From the NCBI RefSeq assembly GCF_963921235.1, contig NC_086108.1, forward strand, positions 1,550,001-1,614,000: 64,000 bases of DNA, written 5' to 3'. Below, one piece after another: positions 63,101 through 64,000 of this stretch. The notes below the pieces were generated by a model. The model was not told where the DNA came from and searched no databases. It was given only the letters and a program-made list of their open reading frames with translations. Source of the stretch: Mobula hypostoma (Eukaryota). Numbering within the stretch: position 1 is the stretch's first letter; each line of letters opens with the position of its first letter. The translations under genes were made by a program, and so were the position numbers.

Positions 63101-64000
63101 CAGTGCGGAGTCAGTTCAGCGCTGTGCGATGGTTGTAGATCACAGTGCGGAGTCAGTTCAGCGCTGTGCGATGGTTGTAGATCACAGTGCGGAGTCAGTT
63201 CAGCGCTGTGCGATGGTTGTAGATCACAGTGCGGAGTCAGTTCAGCGCTGTGCGATGGTTGTAGATCACCGTGTGGAGTCAGTTCAGCACTGTGCGATGG
63301 TTGTAGATCACAGTCGCAGAGTCAGTTCAGCGCTGTGCGATGGTTGTAGATCACAGTGTGGAGTCAGTTCAGCGCAGTGCGATGGTTGTAGATCACAGTG
63401 TGGAGTCAGTTCAGCGCTGTGCGATGGTTGTAGATCACAGTGCGGAGTCAGTTCAGCGCTGTGTGATGGTTGTAGATCACAGTGCGGAGTCAGTTCAGCG
63501 CTGTGCGATGGTTGTAGATCACAGCCGCAGAGTCAGTTCAGCGCTGTGCGATGGTTGTAGATCACAGCCGCAGAGTCAGTTCAGCGCTGTGCGATGGCTG
63601 TAGATCACAGTGCGGAGTCAGTTCAGTGCTGTGCAATGGTTGTAGATCACAGTGCGGAGTCAGTTCAGCGCTGTGTGATGGTTGTAGATCACAGTGCGGA
63701 GTCAGTTCAGCGCTGTGCGATGGCTGTAGATCACAGCCGCAGAGTCAGTTCAGCGCTGTGCGATGGTCGTAGATCACAGTGCGGAGTCAGTTCAGCGCTG
63801 TGCGATGGTTGTAGATCACAGTGCAGAGTCAGTTCAGCGCTGTGCGATGGTCGTAGATCACAGCCGCAGAGTCAGTTCAGCGCTGTGCGATGGTTGTAGA
63901 TCACAGTGCGGAGTCAGTTCAGCGCTGTGCGATGGTCGTAGATCATAGTGCAGAGTCTGTTCAGCGCTGTGCGATGGTTGTAGATCACAGTGCGGAGTCA
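39150..64000. repeat. 42-bp satellite array, roughly 590 units in window, open at right edge
   Basis: Consensus AGATCACAGTGCGGAGTCAGTTCAGCGCTGTGCGATGGTTGT, with a 43-bp variant (CACAGCCGCAGAG) and a 41-bp variant (GATGTTGTAG). Copy number estimated as length/42. Confidence 0.99.

Noticed and set aside
39288..63948. Dozens of ORFs (MVVDHSAESVQRCA and Cys-rich CDGCRSQCGVSSAL repeats)
   Set aside because: 42 is a multiple of 3, so stop-free frames persist. The 41/43-bp variants shift frame freely and stops occur, so there is no sign of coding constraint.
39150..64000. CRISPR-like array
   Set aside because: No unique spacers, no cas genes, eukaryotic context.
39150..64000. True Ig/TCR D-segment cluster
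   Set aside because: No V, J or C segments in the window, no nonamer for the forward heptamer, and identical D-like cores. Kept only as a cryptic-RSS hypothesis.
39150..64000. Arrayed AP-1-like (GGAGTCA) and nuclear-receptor half-sites (AGTTCA, AGATCA)
   Set aside because: Imperfect or half sites only, with no recognised spacing; not supportable from sequence alone.

Overview
Vertebrate genomic DNA; the CR1/Rex1/Penelope/tRNA-SINE repeat mix suggests a cartilaginous fish, but that is an inference. The one host gene I can support is the 5' part of an NF-kB RelB-like gene on the minus strand. Its model is coding exon 1 (36180-36132) in a CpG-rich promoter with two kB sites, a ~32 kb repeat-filled intron, a 36-nt micro-exon (3907-3872) and a 548-nt exon (2435-1888) that begins the Rel homology domain; the gene continues past the left edge. 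The intron holds decayed CR1 and Rex1-like LINEs, Penelope-like (GIY-YIG) fragments with degenerate minimal hammerhead-ribozyme motifs, an end-complete 1.0 kb non-autonomous Helitron, Tc1-type remnants, SINEs and two minisatellites. From ~39150 to the right edge (>24.8 kb) runs a 42-bp satellite with 41/43-bp variants and block duplications. It appears to have grown out of a LINE 3' tail, and each unit has a hairpin with a V(D)J-RSS-like heptamer/spacer/nonamer geometry. The many ORFs in the repeats are translation artefacts.
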